A stretch of DNA of 32,000 nucleotides from contig NZ_AP013043.1 of NCBI RefSeq assembly GCF_016592615.1, positions 360,001 to 392,000 of the forward strand, read 5' to 3'. Of this stretch, positions 10,633-19,250 are shown piece after piece. Source of the DNA: Isorropodon fossajaponicum endosymbiont JTNG4. GTDB lineage: Bacteria > Pseudomonadota > Gammaproteobacteria > PS1 > Pseudothioglobaceae. Below the pieces are notes generated by a model. That model did no database searches. It worked only from the letters and a program-made list of their open reading frames with translations, and was not told the DNA's origin. Each line of letters starts with the position of its first letter. The stretch's first letter is position 1. The position numbers and the translations under genes are program-made.

Positions 10633-10798
10633 CCCAAGTTAAGTTGTATTTGTGTTCGGTTTTTAGTTGTTTAAAGTTTAAACTTAATATCTATTTAAGA
10701 AGACGGGACAACAAAAAATTAAATTGGTAATATTAAACTAAACCTTAAATTTAGGTATTGTACACCAACCTAGATACATACGAAAGAGGTGATGGTTT

Positions 10799-11380
10799 CT
10801 AGTGATTTTTCTCAAACAAAGTGTTAATCATTGCGACTGCGTCACAGCCAGCATCAAACGCTTGTTGTTGGTTATGAAAGTCAATGCCACCAATGCCAAC
10901 AATCGGTATGCGTAATATTTGTTTGGCTTTTGTGATTAAACTCAGTGGGCAATGTGGCGCACTAGGTTTTGTGTTGGAGTTAAACAGCGCACCAAAGGCG
11001 ACATAATTAGCACCTTGATTTTGAGCTTGAAGTGCTAGATCAACATCATCATAGCAAGACATGCCAATAATAGCGGCATCGCCTAATTGCTGCCTTGCTT
11101 GTTGTATTGAGCCATCATCTTTGCCTAAATGCACGCCATTAGCACGGATTTTTTCTGCTAGGTTGATGCCATCATTAATGATAAATAAAGTGTTATGTTC
11201 CAAGCATAAAAGACGTAATGCATATGCCTCTTTGAGTTTAATATTGTCGTCGTTAATTTTATGTCGATATTGGAGTATACTAATCCGATGTTCGATAATG
11301 ACCCGTTTTATTAAAGTAGGATCAAGAGAGGTATCGGGTGTTATGGCATAAATATTTGATATTTTTTTATTAAACACCAT
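10799..11380 (-). CDS. thiE: thiamine-phosphate synthase
   Basis: 193 aa. IYAITPDT, ILQYRHK, INDGINLA...ANGVHLGKDD, GMSCYD, YVAFGALFNSNTK and IPIVGIGGI fit the ThiE TIM-barrel pattern. Confidence 0.85.
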   Translation of the reverse strand: MVFNKKISNIYAITPDTSLDPTLIKRVIIEHRISILQYRHKINDDNIKLKEAYALRLLCLEHNTLFIINDGINLAEKIRANGVHLGKDDGSIQQARQQLGDAAIIGMSCYDDVDLALQAQNQGANYVAFGALFNSNTKPSAPHCPLSLITKAKQILRIPIVGIGGIDFHNQQQAFDAGCDAVAMINTLFEKNH

Positions 11381-12338
11381 GGCTAGTTTTCAGTTGAGGC
11401 ATAATTTATTAAGTACAATTTCTATTATAGTGATTATTGGTGTTATATGGCTTCTGATAGCGTTATTGTTGCCTTTATTTTCCACGCCAGAAGATAAAAA
11501 ACAAGCCTCATTAATACAAAATCAAATCACTTCTAAAGGAGAGACTTATCTTGAAAAAATTGATAATTTTTCCTTGCAAGAATTTGATGCTAAAGCGCAA
11601 TTGTCACATTTTGTTAAAGCCAAAAGCTATTTTAGTTTTAAAAATTCTCCAGCATTGTTAATAGAGCCAAAAGTAGTATTTTATGATGAAAGAGGTTTTA
11701 AAGACTATGTGCTAAATTCTAAACGAGCCCACTATACTGATAGCGGTGAAATTAAATTTAAAGGTGAAGTTAGCATTCAATCTAGCAATGGACTTAGTCA
11801 TAAAATAAATACAGAAGAATTATTAGTCGGCATTAAAACCAGTGACTTGATAAGCAAAAAACCAGTGACTTATTTGGGTGAAAATGTTAAGATTATTTCT
11901 CAAGGCATGCATATGTATGCTAAGGACGATACAATGAAGTTAATAGGTCGTACCAAAATTAACCAAGATAGTGGGCAACAAATATTAACCAAAGATTTGT
12001 ATATCAGTCAATCCAAAGGTCAGAAACATTACTATTCAAATAGTAAAACCACTTATTTGGCTAAGAAAAACACAATCTATGCCAGTGGCGTTGATATGGA
12101 CAGACAAAAACAAGTGATACAATTATTAGGCAAGGTAAAAATTGTGCAAGATTCTGGCTCTAAAATTACGACCAAAAATTTAACTATTGACCAGTCAAAT
12201 GGTTTAGAAGTGTACCGAACTAAGGAAAAAATACATTATCAATCTAATATTGCTGATATTCATGCTTTTGGTATGAATTATGATGTGATTGAGCAAAAAA
12301 TTAGATTGACGGGTGGCGTGGTAGGGCGCTATGAGTAA
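11379..12338 (+). CDS. lptC: LptC-like LPS export protein with a duplicated C-terminal extension
   Basis: An N-terminal membrane anchor (LLSTISIIVIIGVIWLLIALLLPLF) is followed by a beta-rich periplasmic domain. The gene lies immediately upstream of lptA and overlaps it by 8 nt (ATGAGTAA). At 319 aa it is much longer than E. coli LptC (about 190 aa). Confidence 0.65.
   Translation: MASFQLRHNLLSTISIIVIIGVIWLLIALLLPLFSTPEDKKQASLIQNQITSKGETYLEKIDNFSLQEFDAKAQLSHFVKAKSYFSFKNSPALLIEPKVVFYDERGFKDYVLNSKRAHYTDSGEIKFKGEVSIQSSNGLSHKINTEELLVGIKTSDLISKKPVTYLGENVKIISQGMHMYAKDDTMKLIGRTKINQDSGQQILTKDLYISQSKGQKHYYSNSKTTYLAKKNTIYASGVDMDRQKQVIQLLGKVKIVQDSGSKITTKNLTIDQSNGLEVYRTKEKIHYQSNIADIHAFGMNYDVIEQKIRLTGGVVGRYE
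11949..12314 (+). repeat. tandem duplication of a 61-codon unit inside lptC (11949-12131 and 12132-12314)
   Basis: aa 191-251 (RTKINQDSGQQILTKDLYISQSKG...QVIQLLG) aligns ungapped with aa 252-312 (KVKIVQDSGSKITTKNLTIDQSNG...QKIRLTG). By my hand count 25 of 61 positions are identical. Confidence 0.7.
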
Positions 12339-12816
12339 AGTTCTTTTAATGTGTTTATTGGTACTATCTGGACATACAATCGCTTTAGTGATTGACAGTT
12401 CTAAGCCCATCAAAGTTAGTGCCAGTATGGTTGTGATTGATGAGAAAAAAAAAATAAGTACTTATGTGGGCAAGGCTAGTATTACTCAAGGCTTTCTTAT
12501 GTTAAGAGCTGAAATCATACAATTATTTAGCAATCAACAAGAGGTTATTAAAATTATTGCCAAAGGCACTCATAAACAACCTGCGCATTACCAACAAAAT
12601 CAGCCAAACCAGTCTCGTTTTATAGAGGCGCAAGCACTTAATATAACTTATTTAACCAAACAAGAGCTTGTACATCTTAAAGGCAAAGCACACCTAGTGC
12701 AAGGATTTGATTCTTTCAGTGGTGGCACGCTTGATTATGACATTAAAAATGACAAGATAATCACCAGTATGTCAAAAGATGGCACGCAAAGAGCTCGATT
12801 TAAAATCAAACTTTAA
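12331..12816 (+). CDS. lptA: LPS transport periplasmic protein LptA (OstA-like)
   Basis: 161 aa with a signal peptide (MSKVLLMCLLVLSGHTIALV). OstA-like strands are present (YVGKASITQGFLMLRAEIIQLF, VHLKGKAHLVQGFDSFSGGTLDYDIKNDKI), and it follows lptC. Confidence 0.75.
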   Translation: MSKVLLMCLLVLSGHTIALVIDSSKPIKVSASMVVIDEKKKISTYVGKASITQGFLMLRAEIIQLFSNQQEVIKIIAKGTHKQPAHYQQNQPNQSRFIEAQALNITYLTKQELVHLKGKAHLVQGFDSFSGGTLDYDIKNDKIITSMSKDGTQRARFKIKL

Positions 12817-12865
12817 ATGTGGTTGTTATTCATTACTGCCACATAGATATTTTAAACCCATATAT

Positions 12866-12895
12866 CTATGGGGATATATGGGAATATCCCCATAG
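12866..12895. promoter_or_regulatory. 12-bp perfect inverted repeat upstream of sat
   Basis: 12866-12877 ctatggggatat is the reverse complement of 12884-12895 atatccccatag, with a 6-nt spacer. A perfect TATAAT hexamer lies at 12923-12928, 33 nt before the sat ATG. Confidence 0.4.
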
Positions 12896-12960
12896 AGTAA
12901 TATGGGTAAAAATGACAGTGTGTATAATTTTTGGTTTTATATTTAAGATAGGATTGCAAC

Positions 12961-14169
12961 ATGTCAAAACTGGTCCCACCACATGGCAGTGACACACTAA
13001 AGCCATTAGCACTAGAAGGTAGCGCTTTAACAGCTGAGTTAGAAAGAGCAAAATCACTACCAAAAGTTAACTGCTCTTCAAGAGAAGTGGGCGACATCAT
13101 TATGATGGGAATTGGCGGCTTCACGCCGTTAGAAGGCTTTATGGGTAAAGCAGATTGGCAAGGTGTTTGTGATAATATGACCATAGAAAGCGGTTTATTT
13201 TGGCCAATTCCTATTACCTTATCTACTGATAGTGAAGATGTTAACCAAGGTGATGAAGTTGCTTTGGTCAATGGTGAGACGGATGAAATTATCGCAATCA
13301 TGGTTATTAGTGAAAAGTATTCAATTGATAAAGCTCATGAGTGCAATACCATTTATAAAACAACTGAGATGGCGCATCCAGGGGTTGTCATGGTAATGGC
13401 TCAAGGAAAATACAATCTTGCTGGATCTATTAAAGTATTGTCAGATGGCGGTTTTCCTGAAAAGTATAGTAGTTTATACATGACACCGATGGAGACTCGT
13501 GCTTATTTTGATGACAAAGGCTGGAAAACAGTTGCAGCATTCCAAACACGTAATCCAATGCACCGTTCACATGAATACTTGGCCAAAATTGCAGTGGAGA
13601 TTTGTGATGGCGTTATGATTCACTCAGTATTAGGCGGCCTTAAGGCTGGCGATATTCCTGCTGATGTACGTTCAGAAGCAATTTCAGTGTTAATCGAAAA
13701 CTATTTTGTAGATAATACCATCTTACAATCTGGCTATCCATTAGACATGCGTTATGCGGGCCCTCGCGAGGCATTATTACACGCATTATTTAGACAAAAC
13801 TATGGTTGTTCACACCTGATTGTTGGTCGTGACCATGCGGGTGTTGATGATTATTACGGTCCATTTGATGCCCATAATATCTTTGATGAAATTGCTGATG
13901 ACGCATTGGTGACAAAAGCGCTAAAGATTGACTGGACATTCTGGTGTCATAAATGTGGTGGTATGTCTTCAATGAAAACTTGCCCTCATAGCGCGGAAGA
14001 TCGTGTGTTACTTTCAGGTACTAAAGTTCGTAAAATGCTTTCTGATGGTGAAGATTTACCAGAGACTTTTTCTCGTCCTGAAGTGGCCAAAATTTTACAA
14101 GCCTATTATGAGGGTATTAAGGATGAAGATAAAGTAGAAATTAAGCTGAGCGGACACTCAGAAAAATAA
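12961..14169 (+). CDS. sat: sulfate adenylyltransferase (ATP sulfurylase, dissimilatory type)
   Basis: 402 aa. It has [13 protein letters not shown] and VGRDHAGV motifs and an N-terminal PUA-like region. Confidence 0.95.
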   Translation: MSKLVPPHGSDTLKPLALEGSALTAELERAKSLPKVNCSSREVGDIIMMGIGGFTPLEGFMGKADWQGVCDNMTIESGLFWPIPITLSTDSEDVNQGDEVALVNGETDEIIAIMVISEKYSIDKAHECNTIYKTTEMAHPGVVMVMAQGKYNLAGSIKVLSDGGFPEKYSSLYMTPMETRAYFDDKGWKTVAAFQTRNPMHRSHEYLAKIAVEICDGVMIHSVLGGLKAGDIPADVRSEAISVLIENYFVDNTILQSGYPLDMRYAGPREALLHALFRQNYGCSHLIVGRDHAGVDDYYGPFDAHNIFDEIADDALVTKALKIDWTFWCHKCGGMSSMKTCPHSAEDRVLLSGTKVRKMLSDGEDLPETFSRPEVAKILQAYYEGIKDEDKVEIKLSGHSEK

Positions 14170-14175
14170 TAAACC

Positions 14176-14200
14176 ATGTCTATAATCAAGACATTTTTTT
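14176..14200 (+). terminator. weak hairpin plus T-run after sat
   Basis: Stem atgtct (14176-14181) pairs with agacat (14189-14194), with a 7-nt loop, followed by a T-run to 14200. The stem is short and AT-rich, so read-through into aprM is plausible. Confidence 0.3.
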
Positions 14201-14224
14201 AAACCATTTTACTAAATAGTAAAA

Positions 14225-14253
14225 TTGAATGTTGAGCATGTTAACTTTATATA
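14225..14253 (+). promoter_or_regulatory. sigma70-like promoter candidate for aprMBA
   Basis: TTGAAT (14225-14230), a 17-nt spacer, then TATATA (14248-14253). Such matches are frequent by chance in AT-rich DNA. Confidence 0.25.
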
Positions 14254-14266
14254 TCTAAAGAGATAC

Positions 14267-14290
14267 ATTGCTTTATTACCATAAAGCAAT
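14267..14290. repeat. 10-bp perfect inverted repeat in the sat-aprM spacer
   Basis: 14267-14276 attgctttat is the reverse complement of 14281-14290 ataaagcaat, with loop tacc. Confidence 0.4.
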
Positions 14291-14451
14291 AGGTTTCATT
14301 TTGAAAGTTAGCTTTATGTAAGTATAATAGGTCGGATTTTAACAAAGTGTCATCGAAACGTTAAGACAAATAAGACCAAATAAAAGAGTGCTGATTAAAA
14401 AAAATTAGCGAAATTCAGAATGAGAGTGATTTAACTTAAGGAGAAAAACCA

Positions 14452-15321
14452 ATGATTGATATCAATTCAACACCAATTGCTAGTTTATTAGCAGAAGGTA
14501 TTTCGTACGCAGACATGCAAATGTATGTCGTCATTATGATTGCCCTAGTGGTTGTTATGACGGCGCTAGATTTGCTACATAAGAAAAGTGCAACTTACTT
14601 TTTCAATGCAGCAGCAAAAGCTGAAAAAGATTTAGCTGCAGGTGATGCACCATGTTCATTAGGTAAGGAAGAAGGTAGACTTAAAGTATTAAGCGCTGGT
14701 GATAAAGTAAATATATTAGCAAGTACAATTGCAATAGACGTTGCAACAGCTGGTGAATTTAGCAATGGACTTCGTAGATTGGTACATATCCTAACCATGT
14801 GGGGTTTCACCCTCTTTAATGGTGCAACTGCAATTATTATTTTTGGTGCACAAGAAACTCAGATATTGGCACAAGTATGGAATGTTGGTGCAATCATGTT
14901 ATTTATTGGTACATTTTGGTACTGGTTTGGCTTCAAAGTAGATAGCCAAGCGGAAGGTTATTCATGGACAAGAGTTGTTATTAAAAAAGACATGTTTAGT
15001 TTGTCATTAATGGCGACTTCAGTAACTGCACTAGGTTGGAACATCTTTGGTGGCGGTACTGGCGCGTGGTTTATCTTAGTTCTTTTTGCTACTGCATCCC
15101 TGTTTGGCGGTGTATATTGGTCTAAATTTTCTCATATGTTCTTCAAGCCTGTTGCTGCGTACAATAAGCGCATCATTAAAGCTAATGGCACAAATGAGAA
15201 CTTGCCTCACGAGACAAGAGACGACGTGTGGCAACAAAACAGACATTCAATGGAGCTTCTAAAAGATGCACCAATGAATATGGGCCTTGGTATTAAGCGT
15301 GAAGCGCCTAAGCACTACTAA
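14452..15321 (+). CDS. aprM: polytopic membrane protein, probable APS reductase membrane anchor AprM
   Basis: 289 aa with about 5-6 predicted TM helices by eye. A strong RBS (AAGGAG) precedes the ATG. It sits directly upstream of aprBA, as described for AprM-type sulfur oxidisers. The call rests on position and topology, not on motifs. Confidence 0.6.
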   Translation: MIDINSTPIASLLAEGISYADMQMYVVIMIALVVVMTALDLLHKKSATYFFNAAAKAEKDLAAGDAPCSLGKEEGRLKVLSAGDKVNILASTIAIDVATAGEFSNGLRRLVHILTMWGFTLFNGATAIIIFGAQETQILAQVWNVGAIMLFIGTFWYWFGFKVDSQAEGYSWTRVVIKKDMFSLSLMATSVTALGWNIFGGGTGAWFILVLFATASLFGGVYWSKFSHMFFKPVAAYNKRIIKANGTNENLPHETRDDVWQQNRHSMELLKDAPMNMGLGIKREAPKHY

Positions 15322-15351
15322 ATTAATTAAATAAGAAGAGAGGAAAATAAT

Positions 15352-15831
15352 ATGCCAACTTTTGTATATATGACTCGTTGTGATGGTTGTGGACATTGTG
15401 TAGATATCTGTCCATCTAACATTATGCACATTGATGAAAAATATCGTCGTGCTTATAATATTGAACCAAGCATGTGCTGGGAGTGTTATTCATGTGTTAA
15501 AGCATGCCCACATCAGGCAATTGATGTCCGTGGTTATGCAGACTTTGCGCCATTAGGGCACAGTGTTCGCGTTATTCGTGACGAAGAGAAGGGTACCATT
15601 GCATGGAGAGTTAAGTTCCGTGACGGTCGTGTTAAGAATTTTTTATCGCCAATTACGACGCAACCATGGGGAACCAAGATTCCTGATTTCAGAAATGAGC
15701 CTGAGCCTAGTGATGACATGCGTAACTCGCAGTTGTTAGCATTTGAGCCTAAATATATTCGTATGGATGATGGCGATATTCACACGTTAGAATCTAACGG
15801 CTTGAAATTTAAACAAGGAGTGTACTACTAA
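15352..15831 (+). CDS. aprB: adenylylsulfate reductase beta subunit
   Basis: The N-terminus is MPTFVYMTRCDGCGHCVDICPSNIMHID. There are two 4Fe-4S ferredoxin cysteine clusters (CDGCGHCVDIC, CWECYSCVKACP) and a long C-terminal tail. A TAATG overlap links it to aprA. Confidence 0.95.
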   Translation: MPTFVYMTRCDGCGHCVDICPSNIMHIDEKYRRAYNIEPSMCWECYSCVKACPHQAIDVRGYADFAPLGHSVRVIRDEEKGTIAWRVKFRDGRVKNFLSPITTQPWGTKIPDFRNEPEPSDDMRNSQLLAFEPKYIRMDDGDIHTLESNGLKFKQGVYY

Positions 15832-17714
15832 TGGGTATTAAAACAATTGTAGAAGACAACATTGATATTTTAGTTGTTGGTGCTGGTTTAGGTGGTACGG
15901 GTGCCGCTTATGAGGCTAGATATTGGGGTCGTAATAAAAAGATCATCATTGCAGAAAAAGCAAATATTAATCGTTCAGGTGCTGTTGCTCAAGGTCTATA
16001 CGCGATTAACTGCTATATGGGCACTCGTTTCGGTGAGAACAATCCTGAAGATCACGTGCGTTATGCGCGTATGGATTTAATGGGTATGGTTCGTGAAGAC
16101 TTGCTGTTTGATATGGCTCGCCATGTTGACTCCGCAGTACATAAGTTTGAAGAATGGGGTCTTCCATTAATGAAGGACCCTAAGAGAAAAGACATTGGTG
16201 CTTACATGCGCGAAGGTCGTTGGCAGATTATGATTCACGGTGAGTCATATAAGCCTATCGTTGCTGAAGCTGCAACTAAGCAAGTTGACAAAGTTTACAA
16301 CCGTATTATGGTTACCCATTTGCTAATGGATGACGCACAGGAAAATCGTGTTGCTGGTGCTGTCGGTTTTAACGTACGTACTGGCAACTATCACGTGTTT
16401 AAGTCTAAGGCTACTATTGTTGGTGCTGGTGGTGCGTCTAATATCTTTAAGCCTCGTTCAGTAGGTGAAGGTATGGGTCGTGTGTGGTATGCACCATGGT
16501 CTTCTGGTTCTGCATATGGCTTACTAATTGAAGCTGGTGCGAAGATGACACAAATGGAAAACCGTATCGTTCTTGCTAGATTTAAAGATGGTTATGGCCC
16601 TGTTGGCGCATATTTCTTACACCTTAAAACTTATACTCAAAATGGTTATGGTGATGAGTATGAATCTAAATGGTTCCCAGCATTATCGAAAATGGTCGGT
16701 AAAGAATACTTAGATACAGAAGGTCAACATTTGTCTCATAAACCAATTCCAACTTGCTTGCGTAATCATGCATTTATCAGTGAGGTAAATGCTGGTCGTG
16801 GTCCAATTCACATGGTAACAATGGAAGCATTCCAAGACCCTCATTTAGAAGAAGTGGGTTGGGAGAACTTCTTAGGCATGACAGTTGGTCAGGCAGTACT
16901 TTGGGCAGCAACAGATGTTGATCCTAAATATGAAAACCCTGAATTAACAACATCTGAGCCGTATGTAATGGGCTCACATGCTACTGGTTGTGGTGCATGG
17001 TGTTCAGGTCCTGAGGATATTTCTCCTGATGAATACTTCTGGGGTTATAATCGTATGACGACGGTGGATGGTTTGTTTGGTGCAGGTGATGCTGTTGGTG
17101 GTACGCCACATGCATTCTCATCAGGCTCATTTACTGAAGGTCGTTTAGCTGCTAAGGCTGCTTGTAAGTACATTGATGATGGCAAAGCAGAAGGGATTAA
17201 AGTATCTGACAAGCAAATTGCTGATCGTAAAGCGCAAATCTTTAAACCTTTAGAGAATTATACAATTGGTCGTAATGAAATTGTTGCTGGCACAGTATCA
17301 CCAAGTTACATTTTACCAATGAGTGGATTGCAACGTTTGCAAAAGCTTATGGATGAGTATTGTGGCGGTGTTACAGTTTCTTATGTAACCAACGACAAGT
17401 TGCTAAATATAGGCTTGAAGAAGTTAGCTATTTTAGAAGAAGATTTAGAGCATATTGGTGCAGAAGATCTTCATCAATTGATGCGTGGGTGGGAGTTAAA
17501 ACACCGTCACCGTACTTCTGAATGTGTGACTCAGCATACCTTGTTCCGTAAAGAAACTCGCTGGCCTGGTTACTATTATCGTGGTGATGCCATGAAATTA
17601 GATGATAAAAATTGGCATGTATTGACAGTTTCTCATCGTGATCGTGTTACTGGTGAATACACACTAGAGAAGGCGCCTTGTTACCATTTAGTTGACGAGG
17701 AAGATGAAAAATAG
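15831..17714 (+). CDS. aprA: adenylylsulfate reductase alpha subunit
   Basis: 627 aa with the FAD fingerprint DILVVGAGLGGTGAAYEA and fumarate-reductase-family architecture, paired with aprB. Confidence 0.95.
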   Translation: MGIKTIVEDNIDILVVGAGLGGTGAAYEARYWGRNKKIIIAEKANINRSGAVAQGLYAINCYMGTRFGENNPEDHVRYARMDLMGMVREDLLFDMARHVDSAVHKFEEWGLPLMKDPKRKDIGAYMREGRWQIMIHGESYKPIVAEAATKQVDKVYNRIMVTHLLMDDAQENRVAGAVGFNVRTGNYHVFKSKATIVGAGGASNIFKPRSVGEGMGRVWYAPWSSGSAYGLLIEAGAKMTQMENRIVLARFKDGYGPVGAYFLHLKTYTQNGYGDEYESKWFPALSKMVGKEYLDTEGQHLSHKPIPTCLRNHAFISEVNAGRGPIHMVTMEAFQDPHLEEVGWENFLGMTVGQAVLWAATDVDPKYENPELTTSEPYVMGSHATGCGAWCSGPEDISPDEYFWGYNRMTTVDGLFGAGDAVGGTPHAFSSGSFTEGRLAAKAACKYIDDGKAEGIKVSDKQIADRKAQIFKPLENYTIGRNEIVAGTVSPSYILPMSGLQRLQKLMDEYCGGVTVSYVTNDKLLNIGLKKLAILEEDLEHIGAEDLHQLMRGWELKHRHRTSECVTQHTLFRKETRWPGYYYRGDAMKLDDKNWHVLTVSHRDRVTGEYTLEKAPCYHLVDEEDEK

Positions 17715-17741
17715 AGATTTAGTTTAAATTTTTATTTCGAT

Positions 17742-17774
17742 AAAAAGACTAACATTTGTATGTTGGTCTTTTTT
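17742..17774 (+). terminator. rho-independent terminator after aprA
   Basis: A 9-bp stem, 17747-17755 (gactaacat) with 17760-17768 (atgttggtc), includes one G-U pair. The loop is ttgt. It is flanked by A5 and followed by a T6 run (17769-17774). Confidence 0.6.
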
Positions 17775-17849
17775 ATCTATTGTATATTTTAAGAAAGAAG
17801 GTTTTATCACCCTCAAGTGGGGTACTAAAAAGAGTGGAGTATTAGATAA

Positions 17850-18200
17850 ATGAACATTATTGATAAAACAGATGAAGAAATTTTAGCGATTGCAAGCCCA
17901 ATGTGGGATGACTTGGTTAAATATTCTAATAATAGTAATTATGGTGCTTTTAGTCGTCATTTTTCAGAGGATTTTTTGCGTGGCGCTAATGAAATTGAAA
18001 TGGGTAAGCAATTTGCTCGTAGTGAACTAACTAAGGGTCTTGAAAAGGGCGCAGAATATTTAGGTATGATTCGCCGTGGTCAGCATGTGACTGTATTGTA
18101 TAAGCAAACCCACTCTAAAAAAGAGGGCGAATATTTAGGAAGACTTGTGCTTGGTTATGAAGATAATGTGGTAAAGATTTTTGGCACAACAATTTTTTAA
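17850..18200 (+). CDS. hypothetical protein (116 aa, no Cys, no TM)
   Basis: An ORF with an AT-rich leader; I recognise no family. It is the first gene of a tightly spaced trio (gaps of 5 and 2 nt). Confidence 0.5.
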   Translation: MNIIDKTDEEILAIASPMWDDLVKYSNNSNYGAFSRHFSEDFLRGANEIEMGKQFARSELTKGLEKGAEYLGMIRRGQHVTVLYKQTHSKKEGEYLGRLVLGYEDNVVKIFGTTIF

Positions 18201-18205
18201 AAGTT

Positions 18206-18712
18206 GTGGATAATATTATTCAAGAAGCTAAATATGTTGAGCTTATCTATAAAGTCATTGATAAGAAAACCGGCAATGTCTTTTCAGAAATTGAGTATCC
18301 AGTCGGCTATGTGCACGGTGTCAACGATACACTAGGCAAAGAGGTTATTGCCGAGTTAGAAGGCAGGGGGCAAGGCGATATCATTGAGATTAACATTGAT
18401 GTAGAAAAAATCTATGGATCTCGTGACGAAACTTTAGTTTTTATTGATAAAATTGAAAATGTTCCACCAGAATATCAAAAAGTTGGCACCAAAGTTATTA
18501 TGGAGAATTCCAAGGGAGACCCCAAGGAGTTTTTAGTAACTAAGGTGGATGATAAAACAGTCACCATTGATGGTAATAATCCTCTTTGTGGTCGTGAAGT
18601 TAAGTTTTCGCTCGAAATTCTTCTGGTGCGTGATGCAACGGATGAAGAAATTGAAGCAGGTGGCATGATAGATAAGCAGCCAGATATGGAACAATTATTA
18701 ACAATGCATTAA
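18206..18712 (+). CDS. SlyD/FkpB-like FKBP-type peptidyl-prolyl isomerase with an insert-in-flap domain and no metal-binding tail
   Basis: VELIYKV...YPVGYVHG...LGKEVIAELEGRGQGD...YGSRDE...DGNNPLCGREVKFSLEILLVRDATDEEIEAGG parallels E. coli SlyD (VSLAYQV..., DGNHMLAGQNLKFNVEVVAIREATEEEL, recalled from memory). It uses a GTG start. Confidence 0.75.
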   Translation: MDNIIQEAKYVELIYKVIDKKTGNVFSEIEYPVGYVHGVNDTLGKEVIAELEGRGQGDIIEINIDVEKIYGSRDETLVFIDKIENVPPEYQKVGTKVIMENSKGDPKEFLVTKVDDKTVTIDGNNPLCGREVKFSLEILLVRDATDEEIEAGGMIDKQPDMEQLLTMH

Positions 18713-18714
18713 TT

Positions 18715-19074
18715 ATGAGTATTGACTTTTCAGAATCAGAAATAAAGACCATTCAAAGTGCGGTTGACCATCGTTGGAGGAAAGAAAAAATTGAAGTTAA
18801 TTTGGCTGATATTGAAATTACCAAAGAAGGTGAGGATGAGCTAACGCTTGCTCCAGCAGTCGTTTGGGAAGATAAAAACTCAACTTTTATTATTTTAAAA
18901 ATGGGTGCATTTTCCTATAAAAGTTTCTTTTATTATTTGACTGATCAGCGTTTTGATACTGGTGTTCCTGAATATAACGATTTGTACGAATGTGCGGATA
19001 AGTTATTAAAAGCGCAAGCAGATTTTATGCTCAGTAAACACACCAAAGACCTAAATTTACATATTCAAAAATAA
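18715..19074 (+). CDS. hypothetical protein (119 aa)
   Basis: An ORF starting 2 nt after the FKBP stop; I recognise no family. Confidence 0.5.
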   Translation: MSIDFSESEIKTIQSAVDHRWRKEKIEVNLADIEITKEGEDELTLAPAVVWEDKNSTFIILKMGAFSYKSFFYYLTDQRFDTGVPEYNDLYECADKLLKAQADFMLSKHTKDLNLHIQK

Positions 19075-19096
19075 CATCTATTTAAGATTTAAAGTT

Positions 19097-19127
19097 AAAA
19101 AAAGACATGTTACTCATGTCTTTTTTT
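19097..19127. terminator. bidirectional rho-independent terminator between the convergent operons
   Basis: A 13-bp stem, aaaaaaagacatg (19097-19109) with catgtcttttttt (19115-19127), and loop ttact. The A-tract and T-tract arrangement could terminate transcription from either side. Confidence 0.6.
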
Positions 19128-19250
19128 GTTTTAATAGTGTGAAATGTTCTGTTAATAAGCATAATAATTTCTTTTCTTTGGTTGTTTATTGCTTCAGGCA
19201 TAAAAAAAGAGGAGTAAGTCACCCTCCTTTTTTAATGGATCAATTGATTA

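Noticed and set aside
12852-13301. 149-aa minus-strand ORF spanning the sat 5' end and promoter, together with 12866..13063.
   Set aside because: It is antisense to the conserved Sat N-terminus and runs through the inverted-repeat promoter region. It shows no family resemblance.
19201-19240. Possible hppA terminator (AGGAG/CTCCT flanked by A and T runs).
   Set aside because: The stem is only about 5 bp with a mismatch. The stronger bidirectional hairpin at 19097-19127 probably serves both operons.
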